A stretch of DNA of 64,000 nt from Candidatus Iainarchaeum sp. (lineage in GTDB: Archaea > Iainarchaeota > Iainarchaeia > Iainarchaeales > 1-14-0-10-31-34). The stretch covers positions 384,637-448,636 of the forward strand of contig JBFMAK010000001.1 in assembly GCA_040755695.1 (NCBI GenBank), written 5' to 3'. This document shows positions 37,038 to 46,243 of the stretch, one piece after another. A program made the position numbers and the translations under genes. The number at the start of each line of letters is the position of its first letter. Position 1 is the first letter of the stretch. The notes beneath the pieces were generated by a model that ran no database searches, had not been told where the DNA came from, and worked only from the letters and a program-made list of their open reading frames with translations.

Positions 37038-38348
37038 GTGTGTGGATTTAAAATGGCTATTGAGATAAGCGAGAGAAGCGCAGTAATCGGAAGGAATTTA
37101 GGAGACATAGAGAAGTACGGAGAGAAAGGAACAGCATACATTGGAAAGGTTGTAATGAGTTCAGGCGAAAGGCCTGTTTTAGGAAGAAAAGTTTTGATGG
37201 ATCTTGCAAGGCCTCATGTGATTTTGATTTGCGGAAAACGCGGTTCGGGAAAATCGTTCAGCATGGCTGTAGTGGTAGAAGAGTTCGCCCGCCAGCCAGA
37301 ACACATAAAAAAGAGAATTTCATGCATTGTGATTGATACTGTGGGAATATTCTGGACTTTAAAGATTGCTAACAGGGAGGACAAAGGCGAATTGTTCAAT
37401 TGGAATTTGGAGCCGCAAGGAACTGAATGCAGGGTTTTAGTTCCTGAGGGAAGGATTTCTTTCTATAAAGAGAAAGGCATTCCTGTTGACGGAAGCTTCA
37501 AGTTAAAGGCCTCAGAATTAGAGGAAGAGGAATGGCTTGCATTATTCAATTTGACGTGGAAGGAAGAGGAAGGAATTCTGCTTTCCCGCGCAGTGAATTT
37601 AATGAAGGAAAAGAAAGGTTCAATGTACGACCTCAAGGATTTAATTGAATTGATTGAAAAGGACACTGAGGCAGAAAAGAAGACAAGGCAGGCAGTAATT
37701 GGAAGAATCAAAGTAGCAAAATCCTGGGGCCTCTTTGATAAGGAAGGCTCAAAAATAAAGGAATTGGCTGAACCCGGAAAAGTAACAGTAATTGATGTGA
37801 GCTCTTACAGGCAGGCTATTGGCTCAGAGGGGGTGAAAGACATTATTGTTGCATTGCTTGCAAAAAAATTGTTTGAGGAGAGAATGCTTTACAGGAAAGA
37901 AGAGGAAGTGAAACTCATAAAAGGAATGAAGAGGGAGTCAGCAATGCCTATTGTGTGGCTCATGATAGATGAAGCCCACATGTTCATGCCCAAAGACGAG
38001 GGCAGCATTGCATTGAAGGCACTGCTTGAATGGGTGAGGGTTGGAAGGCAGCCAGGCCTTTCTCTTTTGCTTGCAACACAAAGGCCTAACAAACTTCACC
38101 CTGACTGCATAAGCCAGTGCGATTTGTTTTTAAGCCATAGATTGACTTCTCAGCCTGACATTGAGGCTGTAAGCCAGCTCAGGCCTTCCTACATGCATCA
38201 GGCCTTCGATAGGTACTTTGAGGAAATGCCGAGGAGCACAGGCTTTGCGTTAATTTTGGATGACAATACAGAGAACCTGTGGATGATTAAAATGAGGCCA
38301 AGGATGTCTTGGGACGGGGGAGTGACAGCAACTGCCTTCACTGAATAA
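37038..38348 (+). CDS. HerA/DUF87-family P-loop ATPase (COG0433-like)
   Basis: Walker A ICGKRGSGKS. Walker B WLMIDEAHMF. Also LLLATQRP. Confidence 0.55.
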   Translation: MCGFKMAIEISERSAVIGRNLGDIEKYGEKGTAYIGKVVMSSGERPVLGRKVLMDLARPHVILICGKRGSGKSFSMAVVVEEFARQPEHIKKRISCIVIDTVGIFWTLKIANREDKGELFNWNLEPQGTECRVLVPEGRISFYKEKGIPVDGSFKLKASELEEEEWLALFNLTWKEEEGILLSRAVNLMKEKKGSMYDLKDLIELIEKDTEAEKKTRQAVIGRIKVAKSWGLFDKEGSKIKELAEPGKVTVIDVSSYRQAIGSEGVKDIIVALLAKKLFEERMLYRKEEEVKLIKGMKRESAMPIVWLMIDEAHMFMPKDEGSIALKALLEWVRVGRQPGLSLLLATQRPNKLHPDCISQCDLFLSHRLTSQPDIEAVSQLRPSYMHQAFDRYFEEMPRSTGFALILDDNTENLWMIKMRPRMSWDGGVTATAFTE

Positions 38349-38353
38349 AAAAA

Positions 38354-38638
38354 TTATTTTTTTACAGAATATTTTCCCATTATATATTTTGCTCCAAATT
38401 CACTTACAGAAGCTACTTTTAATGATTTTCCATGGTCTTCAATAAAACCTTTATTTTTTAAGTATTTTAAAATTTTTTTGAATTCAATCTTTTTGTTGTA
38501 TTGTTTCTGCAGCTCTTCAAACCTTATCTTATTTTTAATCAAGTAAATGTTTTTGTAAGAATTCTTTATTATTGATTTGCTGTACATTTCAACTAGAACT
38601 CTGTCTTCAATAGGAATTATCTTATCTTTATTCAACAT
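38354..38638 (-). CDS. small hypothetical protein
   Basis: 94-aa ORF. Confidence 0.3.
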   Translation of the reverse strand: MLNKDKIIPIEDRVLVEMYSKSIIKNSYKNIYLIKNKIRFEELQKQYNKKIEFKKILKYLKNKGFIEDHGKSLKVASVSEFGAKYIMGKYSVKK

Positions 38639-38787
38639 TAGAAACCAACTCTCTTCAAAAAGAACAAGATTAACAAAAATTAATTAAATCTTTTTAACAG
38701 GCAATAAACGAATAAAAAATTAAATAATATTTAATTATACAGCAATTAATATATGTTTATATATCTTTTGCTGTATATTTTCTTTTT

Positions 38788-39264
38788 ATGCGGAGAAGAC
38801 CTATTACAATTGTCTCTTCAATCACTAAATGCCTGGAGGATAATACAGGAGTTGCTTTGCCTCCAACCAAGATTGCACAGCTTAGCGGATTGAATTATCA
38901 GGCATGCAATGCCTATCTGGGCTTAATTAAAAAGATTCAGGAAATGCCAAGAATGGAATCAATAAAAACACACAAAGGGGAAATGTTCAAAATAGAAATG
39001 ACTGCCCTCCCTCTAAAAGAGCAGAAAGCAATATTGAAAGAAGAATTCAATATGAACTATTCAAAAACAGACGAAATATACATTGCATTGCTGGAAGAAA
39101 ATGCGTTTAGCCCCAAAACAGCTGTTAAAGCAAAAATGAACCCAATAATAAAGAAGGGATTAAAATTCAAGCACTTGAAGCAAACAAAAGACAAAAAAGT
39201 TTACTTGACTAAAACAGGAAGGATAATTGCAAAGGGAGCAAAGGAATTGTTTTCTGAAAATTAA
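38788..39264 (+). CDS. hypothetical protein
   Basis: 158-aa ORF. Confidence 0.3.
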   Translation: MRRRPITIVSSITKCLEDNTGVALPPTKIAQLSGLNYQACNAYLGLIKKIQEMPRMESIKTHKGEMFKIEMTALPLKEQKAILKEEFNMNYSKTDEIYIALLEENAFSPKTAVKAKMNPIIKKGLKFKHLKQTKDKKVYLTKTGRIIAKGAKELFSEN

Positions 39265-39287
39265 TTTTCTGGAATCTTTTTTGAAGC

Positions 39288-40007
39288 TTATTCTTCGCTG
39301 TAGTTGCCGTCCATTTGTTTTGCCAGCCTGTCTAGGCGCCTGATGACTGCATTGTCTGCTTCAATCTGCAGTTCCTTCTCCGAGCGCATTGTGATTTTCA
39401 GGACCTCACTTTCAAGCCTGAAATTCCTCTGGTTTGTCTTTGAATCCAGGTAATTAAAAAGCTGCCTGACCTTTGCCTGGGGAACCAAAATGCTTTGAGC
39501 GCTCTTGTCCAAGCCAACCTCTCTTGCAATGTCCTCCAATTTTATTACTCCAACGAATTCAGGCTTAAATGAAATGGAATTAATTGAAAATAAAGGTAGG
39601 GCAGCTTCAATGAAGTCAATTGAATGGTCTAAATTCTTGAATAAATAATTCCTTGAGTTCCTGAAGTTCTCAATGAAGAGGTTTGCCCTCAAGGCTTTCT
39701 CGTCATTAGCCTTCATTGAATCCATTATCTTTGAATAACTGGATTCAAGCTTCTTGTAGAGAGAAAGAATTTTCCTTTCATTTATTTCTTTTATTAGAAC
39801 CTTGCTTAAGGCAGGATTGTCTTCTGCTGATTTCTCCAGTGAAAGCATTTTCTCGTACAAGGAAGAAAGATTCCTGTTCAATTCCTCTGCTGCCCCAAAA
39901 GCATTCAAAACCCTGTGCAGTTCGAGCTCTAACTGCTTTACCTCATTAATTGCCTTTGTTTTATTCTCTTCAGCCATTATGCCCCACCAATAAAAAGAGG
40001 AGAGCAA
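39288..40007 (-). CDS. hypothetical coiled-coil protein
   Basis: 239 aa. Confidence 0.35.
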   Translation of the reverse strand: MLSSFYWWGIMAEENKTKAINEVKQLELELHRVLNAFGAAEELNRNLSSLYEKMLSLEKSAEDNPALSKVLIKEINERKILSLYKKLESSYSKIMDSMKANDEKALRANLFIENFRNSRNYLFKNLDHSIDFIEAALPLFSINSISFKPEFVGVIKLEDIAREVGLDKSAQSILVPQAKVRQLFNYLDSKTNQRNFRLESEVLKITMRSEKELQIEADNAVIRRLDRLAKQMDGNYSEE

Positions 40008-40032
40008 AAAAATTTAATCCTTCGCTTTTTTT

Positions 40033-42357
40033 TCAGTTTTGGGCCCAGTGAATGTAAATCTTGTTGTCAGCAGAGTAAACCTTATCCAGCCCATAGAATT
40101 CTATTGCCTTCTCTGAAGGCTTGTTGTCCAGAATCTTCTCGTAAATTATGTCAGAATAATTTATCACAAAATCAATCTTGTATTTCTTCAGCACATTGTA
40201 ATCAGAATTCTTGAGGAAATAATAGGCGTCAGCGAGCTTTCCTTCATCTGCGTACTCCACCCATAAATCAGCTAAAACCTTTCTCTGCGAAAAGAATGTA
40301 ACAGAATGCCCAAGCCAGGGGTCTGAAAGAATCCGTGCGTCAGTGGAAGAATTCTCTTTCAAGTAATTGAATGCGCCCAATTCCCTTGAAGATAAAACAA
40401 AATTTGGAATTAAAAGCAGAGAAAGGAATGCGCCGATCAGCATTACTGTAAGGAAAATTCTCCGGTCGAAAATTTTATCTTTTTCTATTACTGCAATTAA
40501 AAAGAAGGCAATTACCACGGCAACAGGCACATCAAATCGCGAGGTAAGAAGGGCCTGCAGAATGAAGCCAACAATAATTCCCAAAAACAATTTGCTCTTA
40601 TAAGAAAAAATGAATTCAGGCTTCCTGTAAAAGGCTATTGCCCCAGAAATAAAAAACACTGCAAAGAAAAAGAGAAGTATTCCGTGAGAGGACAAAACAA
40701 CATTGATTGGATAATTAATCATATAACCCCAGTCCGAAGGCCTTATCTCCACAGGCAGGCCGAAGGCCAGAAGATTCTCAAAGAAGAGCAGGAACACAAT
40801 AATAAAGCCAATAACAAAGGCTTGAATGAGGGGCTTCCACTCGATTTTCCTTGCAAGGAAAACGTAAAGGAAGAAGAAAATTAAAAGCAGAGGGAACTGA
40901 ATGAAAGAGGCAAAGCCCAGGAAGAATCCTGAAAGAAGGAAACTGCGCTTTTTGACCAAACAGGCGAGAGCCACGAAAAGCATTGCCAATGCAATCATGT
41001 GCCTTGGGGTTATGACAGCAAAAGAAAAAATAATTGAACTAGACCAAATCAAAAAGAGTGCAATTGACGCAAGCTTTCTATCAAATTTCAGTGCACTGCA
41101 CAGATAGAAAACAGAAAAAACAAAGAAAATGTTCGAGAGGGCAATAATCAAGGCAAACAAGGGCTGCCCCTGCAGTCCAGTGAGCCAGGACATTCCAGCG
41201 TTTGCCAGGAAATAGCCTGGAATAAAAGCAAAGCCCCTTCCAAGATAACTCAATTCATCAATCTTTGGGATTGAAAAATTTTCTGCTATTGCAGCTGACT
41301 CTCTTTCATAGTAATTGTTATAAAAAGTGAAATGGCTTGGAGTGAAGAAATGGAACATCAAAGAGAAAAAAACCAGGAAGAGGATTGCAAAAACCTCAAC
41401 CAGGTTTAATGAGAAGAATCTCATTTTCCTGCCAAAAGAAAAATTCTTCCTGAAAAAGAATGCAATCAATAAAAGTTCAATTAAAAACAAGACAACAAAA
41501 GAGGTCAGGTTCAGGAAGCCTATTGCATTCAGCGCAAAACCATTGAAGATGAGCAAGATGAGAAAAAAAGCAATTGAAAGAGAAATTTTTTCTGCAAAAT
41601 GAGTCTTGGAGAAAACAAAAAAAGAGAAGACAAACAAAGCAAGCACAATTATAAGCACGCCTGCAACCAAATTCATTGAGGGCTTTGGCTGGAATTCAAT
41701 AGATTTTTCTGCTGTAATGCCATCATAAGAAATTTTAACTGAATTGAGGCCTTCGAAGAGAGCAATTTTCTCCTTAAACTCATTTTTTCCTTCAGGAGGA
41801 ATGAACTGGTGGTCTAAAATCCCATTAACAAAAATCTTTACAGGCATTGCCTGCGTTGAATACTGAGTTAAAGAGAATTCAATTGAATCCTCATTCAAGG
41901 AAATGATTTTTATTTCAGGCGCAAGGCTTCCTGGCAATTCCTTCTTTTCAAGGTGGAAAAAGAGTTTTTCCTGGCCTGCATTGATTTCAATTAGGTTCAT
42001 CCCCTCGTTCAATTCGCCTGAACTGAAGCAGTACTGCATTGATTCTTTTTCCTTGTACAATTCTATTTTGTCTTTTACCATTGTTTTGCTGCCATTAAAG
42101 GCATTCACTTCGATTGTTTTCTTGTTCGGGAAAAACAATGGGTTGAATTCCAAGGCAAAGCAGGCCTGTGAATCTGGAGAGACAATTTTGGTGTAAGAAT
42201 CCAGTGAAACTGACAGCGAAGCTTCCTGGACTGCAAGGGTGTGCCAGTGCTGGGAGGCAATTACTGCCATGAGAAAAAACAGGAAAAGCAGCACAAAGAA
42301 TTTCAGCTCACTGGGCATTCTCATAATAGAAATTGCATTCGAGCAGTTTAAAAGCAA
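40033..42357 (-). CDS. large polytopic membrane protein with extracytoplasmic N-terminal domain (possible GT-C-type glycosyltransferase-like)
   Basis: 774 aa. Signal/TM helix, then a ~200-aa soluble domain, then more than 12 TM helices and a C-terminal soluble domain. No WWDYG motif, so not AglB. The true start is probably at the internal MRMPSEL (about 42324). Confidence 0.45.
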   Translation of the reverse strand: MLLNCSNAISIMRMPSELKFFVLLFLFFLMAVIASQHWHTLAVQEASLSVSLDSYTKIVSPDSQACFALEFNPLFFPNKKTIEVNAFNGSKTMVKDKIELYKEKESMQYCFSSGELNEGMNLIEINAGQEKLFFHLEKKELPGSLAPEIKIISLNEDSIEFSLTQYSTQAMPVKIFVNGILDHQFIPPEGKNEFKEKIALFEGLNSVKISYDGITAEKSIEFQPKPSMNLVAGVLIIVLALFVFSFFVFSKTHFAEKISLSIAFFLILLIFNGFALNAIGFLNLTSFVVLFLIELLLIAFFFRKNFSFGRKMRFFSLNLVEVFAILFLVFFSLMFHFFTPSHFTFYNNYYERESAAIAENFSIPKIDELSYLGRGFAFIPGYFLANAGMSWLTGLQGQPLFALIIALSNIFFVFSVFYLCSALKFDRKLASIALFLIWSSSIIFSFAVITPRHMIALAMLFVALACLVKKRSFLLSGFFLGFASFIQFPLLLIFFFLYVFLARKIEWKPLIQAFVIGFIIVFLLFFENLLAFGLPVEIRPSDWGYMINYPINVVLSSHGILLFFFAVFFISGAIAFYRKPEFIFSYKSKLFLGIIVGFILQALLTSRFDVPVAVVIAFFLIAVIEKDKIFDRRIFLTVMLIGAFLSLLLIPNFVLSSRELGAFNYLKENSSTDARILSDPWLGHSVTFFSQRKVLADLWVEYADEGKLADAYYFLKNSDYNVLKKYKIDFVINYSDIIYEKILDNKPSEKAIEFYGLDKVYSADNKIYIHWAQN

Positions 42358-42377
42358 TACTGGCAGGAAATTATTTA

Positions 42378-43874
42378 ATGGAAACCAAAATAAAAAATTT
42401 GCTGCTGTTAAGCCCGGCTTTCATTGCCCTTCTCCTTATTTCTTTTTCTTTCAGTCCAATCCTTAATCTCGTGTACGGCATTATAAGGGACTTGTACGGG
42501 GGCATTTCCTTGGGCAAAACAATTTTAATATTCCTCTTTTTTATGGTAAACCCAATTATTAGCATTGCATTCATAAAGTCAGGATTGAGCAGGAAAATTC
42601 AAAGAAAAGACAAGATTTTCTTGTGCGTTTTCATCTTGATTGCAGTCATAGGCTTCTGGGCAGGCCTCCAAATGTTCAATGACTTCTCAGTCCAATTCAA
42701 GTCAAAAGGCCCTTTCGCCACAATACTGCCTAATCCAGTTGTAAACTGGGAGGCCTCAAGGCTTACCCACAACCATTTCCCTAAAATTTCAATTTACTAC
42801 CTTGAAAATATTACAGGAATAAATTTAGGCAATAAATTTGATGACGGAAAACCATGGTATGAGCTCTTCCCGAACGCAGATGCCTGGGCAGCATTTTTTT
42901 CTGCAGTGCTTGCACTGCTCTTAATTTTTGGAACCCTGCACTTGAATTCCAGGGCGCATAAAATCAAGGCCTTTGATTACCTTTTGTTTCTGGCTGCAGA
43001 AATAGGATTCATAATTCACATAATAGACGGGGGCATTGCCTCAGGGCTTGATACAATTACAGCCTTCTTTTTCCTGCTCTACATTTCAAGGACTGCAATC
43101 AAATTCAAGGACAAGAGAATTGAATTCATTTTCCCCCTTCTTTCACTCTCCTTCCTTATTTACCCCGCAATTCTTTTCGGTTTTGAGCTGGAGGCTAACG
43201 TAATTGCAACCCCAGTAATTTTAAGCCTGGGCCTCCTTTACTATTTCTTTAAGTCCATCAAGGCAGGCATACTGGAATTCAAGTGGTTTAATGCACTGCT
43301 TTTCCTGCTTTTACTGCTGTCCTTGTATTTAACCCAAATAAATGTAATAAACTTCGGTTACGGCAGGAGCGTATCAGACCTTTCCAAGGAACAGCTGCCT
43401 TCAAGCGCTGCAGAAGGAGGAGGCCTTTATGTTTACGGCCTTCCAAGGGAAATGACATTGCAGGAATTTAATTCAGCAATAAAAAATTACGGTGAAATAA
43501 TTGAATCAGACAAGGTTGGCTGGGTTGCTTATGCAAGAATAAAGCCTTTCAGGCCTTTCAGGACAGGAGAACTGCAAGATTACTTCAACAAAAAATTCCC
43601 TTCGGAAACCTACCTGTACGTTGAAGAAAACATTCCCTTAAACCAGGTTAATTCTTTTACGATTTACTGGTTTGAAGACGTTAATTCACAAAAATTTTTA
43701 GGCAACCAGTTCCTGGGCATAAGCGTTGAAAGCATTAAAGACAACCTTAAAGACAAGACAACAGACATAATAATAAAAGCAAAAACAGACCAGACATGGC
43801 AGATGCTCTCCATCCTCACAGAAATAAGAGAGAAAGGCTTTAACGGCAAAATCCTCCTAGCAAAAAAATCTTAG
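42378..43874 (+). CDS. polytopic membrane protein, hypothetical
   Basis: Multiple TM helices. Start trimmed to METKIK to avoid overlap with the divergent gene. Confidence 0.4.
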   Translation: METKIKNLLLLSPAFIALLLISFSFSPILNLVYGIIRDLYGGISLGKTILIFLFFMVNPIISIAFIKSGLSRKIQRKDKIFLCVFILIAVIGFWAGLQMFNDFSVQFKSKGPFATILPNPVVNWEASRLTHNHFPKISIYYLENITGINLGNKFDDGKPWYELFPNADAWAAFFSAVLALLLIFGTLHLNSRAHKIKAFDYLLFLAAEIGFIIHIIDGGIASGLDTITAFFFLLYISRTAIKFKDKRIEFIFPLLSLSFLIYPAILFGFELEANVIATPVILSLGLLYYFFKSIKAGILEFKWFNALLFLLLLLSLYLTQINVINFGYGRSVSDLSKEQLPSSAAEGGGLYVYGLPREMTLQEFNSAIKNYGEIIESDKVGWVAYARIKPFRPFRTGELQDYFNKKFPSETYLYVEENIPLNQVNSFTIYWFEDVNSQKFLGNQFLGISVESIKDNLKDKTTDIIIKAKTDQTWQMLSILTEIREKGFNGKILLAKKS

Positions 43875-43885
43875 AAAAAAATAGT

Positions 43886-43957
43886 TGGGCCCGGCGAGAA
43901 TCGAACTCGCTGCCTACACCGTGTGAAGGTGTCGTCATACCAATAGACCACGGGCCC
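43886..43957 (-). tRNA. tRNA-Val(CAC)
   Basis: Reverse complement is GGGCCCGTGGTCTATTGGTATGACGACACC-TTCACAC-GGTGTAGGCAGCGAGTTCGATTCTCGCCGGGCCCA. 72 nt. Confidence 0.7.
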
Positions 43958-43996
43958 CTTCAAGGTAAAATAATTTAAATAAGAAAAATTATTATT

Positions 43997-44584
43997 ATGT
44001 TAAGATTGAATCAAAGGATTGAAATGCACAAAACAAAATATTACACAATAAAACCCAAAAATTTTTTCAGAGAAGCAGAAAAAAGAATCTTGAGATTAGA
44101 AAAAAGGTATACCTCAAGATCAAGACCGCTTGACATTGAAAAAGCTTGGATGAACCCAAAGATTGGGCAAAGAATTTACGCACATTTTGAGAGAAGATTT
44201 TTTGCTGGAGTGCCAGAAAGGAAACTTTTGATTGGATTGCTGGGCAATTATGCTTCAGCACGAATAGAAAACAAGAGAAAAATAATAAAAAACTGCATAA
44301 TAAAACTGTCCGAAACAAAAAGAATTCCTTTAGGAAAGGCAGCAGGGGAATTAATAAGATTATTTAACTTAATTGAAAAAAAACGCCACGAATATGATTC
44401 CTTTCACAAAAACTTAGAGGTAAAAGGAACAAAACCATTAATTGAACCTTCGCTTGGAGATTCTTACGCTCACTGGTCTTTCGGGTTATTTGCAAGAAAC
44501 GGATTAATTTTAATAGAACTTAAAAAAGAATTGGCTAGAATAAAATTCAACGAAGAATTCAGTCGTCGCCGATCATCTTCTTGA
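43997..44584 (+). CDS. hypothetical basic protein
   Basis: 195 aa, adjacent to tRNA-Val. No recombinase motifs seen. Confidence 0.3.
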   Translation: MLRLNQRIEMHKTKYYTIKPKNFFREAEKRILRLEKRYTSRSRPLDIEKAWMNPKIGQRIYAHFERRFFAGVPERKLLIGLLGNYASARIENKRKIIKNCIIKLSETKRIPLGKAAGELIRLFNLIEKKRHEYDSFHKNLEVKGTKPLIEPSLGDSYAHWSFGLFARNGLILIELKKELARIKFNEEFSRRRSSS

Positions 44585-44940
44585 AGTCAGGCAGCCTTGC
44601 TGTTATTACAACTTCCCCTGAGGCTATGCCTGAAAGCAGGGTGCCATTGATTGTCTCATTGCCTCCGCCGAAGAGGAGCACGTGAAAGTCGCCAGTGAAT
44701 TCCTCTTCTTTTCTCACAAACTTTCCTGAAGCGCCATTCAATGAATACTCTCTCTCAATGTGCTTGCCCCTGTACTCTGAGCCAAGAAAATAGTTTATCT
44801 CAAAGTCTTTTATTTTCCCCTGAGCTCCAATTAATAGGGCGTAATTCACCTTGTTCTCCCCCAAGGCCTTTCCTGAGGCCTGAGACTATTTCCTCTCCGT
44901 CCTCGAAAATTAATTTCAGTTGATTGATTTTCTCCCTCAT
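44559..44940 (-). pseudogene. small hypothetical protein split by a frameshift at a G5 homopolymer
   Basis: ATG at 44940 opens MREKINQLKLIFEDGEEIVSGLRKGLG. The C-terminal part (ENKVNYALLIGAQGK...) continues in another frame after ggccttggggg (C run 44858..44862 on plus). Confidence 0.3.
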
Positions 44941-45007
44941 CGTTTATTGCCCCCCTTAAATTAATAATAAAAGCAAAACAAAAATAAATATTGCGAAAAA
45001 AGCTCTA

Positions 45008-46243
45008 TCAAAGCATGGACAAGATTAGTGAAACAGAGGCAATTATCAGGCCGCCTGAAATGATCCAACACATTATATTCATTTTTGTTCCGTTAACATA
45101 AGGTCCCATCAATTTCTTGTTGTTGATGAGATAGAGCATTAAAATCAATACAATTGGAAGCAGGATTCCGTTCAATACCTGAGACCAGTACATTATTGAA
45201 ATCAAGGGAATGTTTGGAATTAATATCAACCCAGCTCCAACCAAAATCATTGCAGTGAACAAGGAATAGAATTGTGGGGCCTCCCTGATTTTCTTGTTCA
45301 CCCCTGACTCAAAGCCGAAGCCCTCGCAAACATAATAAGCTGTGGCCAAAGGAAGGATTGCAGCAGCAAAAACTGAGGCAGCAAGAAGGCCTAAAGCAAA
45401 CAGGGAAGAAGCATAATTGCCTGCAAGAGGCCCTAAAGCCTTTGCTGCATTCTCTGCTGAATCAATCCTTATTCCATGAGGATGCAGTACAGTTGCAGTC
45501 GTCACAATAATGAAAAGCATTATAATGACAGTAACAATTGAACCCAAAATTACGTCCATTCTAGAGAAATGCAATTCCTCTGGCTTAATGCCTTTCTCTG
45601 CGATTGAGGCCTGAAGATAGAACTGCATCCAAGGCGCAATAGTTGCCCCAATCAATCCTACAATAATCATCAAATAAGAGGAATCAATTTGAATTGATGG
45701 GTTTACTACAGCCTTTCCAACTTCAAGCCAGTCAGGCTGAATCATCAGCCCTGCAATAATATAAGCAAAATAGAATAATACAGCAAAAAGAAATGCCTTC
45801 TCAACATTCTTGTATGTTCCCCTTACAATCAAAAGCCAGACAAATAATGCCCCCAAAGGAACCGCAATAAATTTTGTTATTCCAAACAATTCCGAGGCAG
45901 CAGCAATCCCAGCGAATTCAGCTACAGTATTAGTAAGATTAGTGAAAAACAATGCTGCCATAACAAAAAAAGTTATTCTTAAGCCGAAGTTCTCCCTTAT
46001 CAAATCAGCAAGGCCTTTCCCTGTGACAATGCCCATCCTTGCATTCATTTCCTGGACCACAACAAGAATTACCGCAATAGGAATCATTGTCCACAACAAG
46101 GAGTAACCGAAATGCGCTCCGGCAATGCTGTAAGTCGCAATGCCCCCAGCATCATTGTCCACAGCGCTTGTAATAATTCCAGGGCCCAAAACACCAAAAA
46201 AAATCAGCAATTGAATTTTAAACTTCCTAATTTTTTCAAGCAA
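45008..46243 (-). CDS. mntH: NRAMP-family divalent metal (Mn2+/Fe2+) transporter
   Basis: GPGIITSAVDNDAGGIATYS (DPGN-type motif) and 11-12 TM helices. 411 aa. Confidence 0.8.
   Translation of the reverse strand: MLEKIRKFKIQLLIFFGVLGPGIITSAVDNDAGGIATYSIAGAHFGYSLLWTMIPIAVILVVVQEMNARMGIVTGKGLADLIRENFGLRITFFVMAALFFTNLTNTVAEFAGIAAASELFGITKFIAVPLGALFVWLLIVRGTYKNVEKAFLFAVLFYFAYIIAGLMIQPDWLEVGKAVVNPSIQIDSSYLMIIVGLIGATIAPWMQFYLQASIAEKGIKPEELHFSRMDVILGSIVTVIIMLFIIVTTATVLHPHGIRIDSAENAAKALGPLAGNYASSLFALGLLAASVFAAAILPLATAYYVCEGFGFESGVNKKIREAPQFYSLFTAMILVGAGLILIPNIPLISIMYWSQVLNGILLPIVLILMLYLINNKKLMGPYVNGTKMNIMCWIISGGLIIASVSLILSML

Noticed and set aside
43997-44584. Integrase next to tRNA-Val
   Set aside because: The 195-aa basic protein lacks tyrosine-recombinase R..H..R..Y catalytic motifs and is too short, so there is no support for an integrated element at this tRNA.
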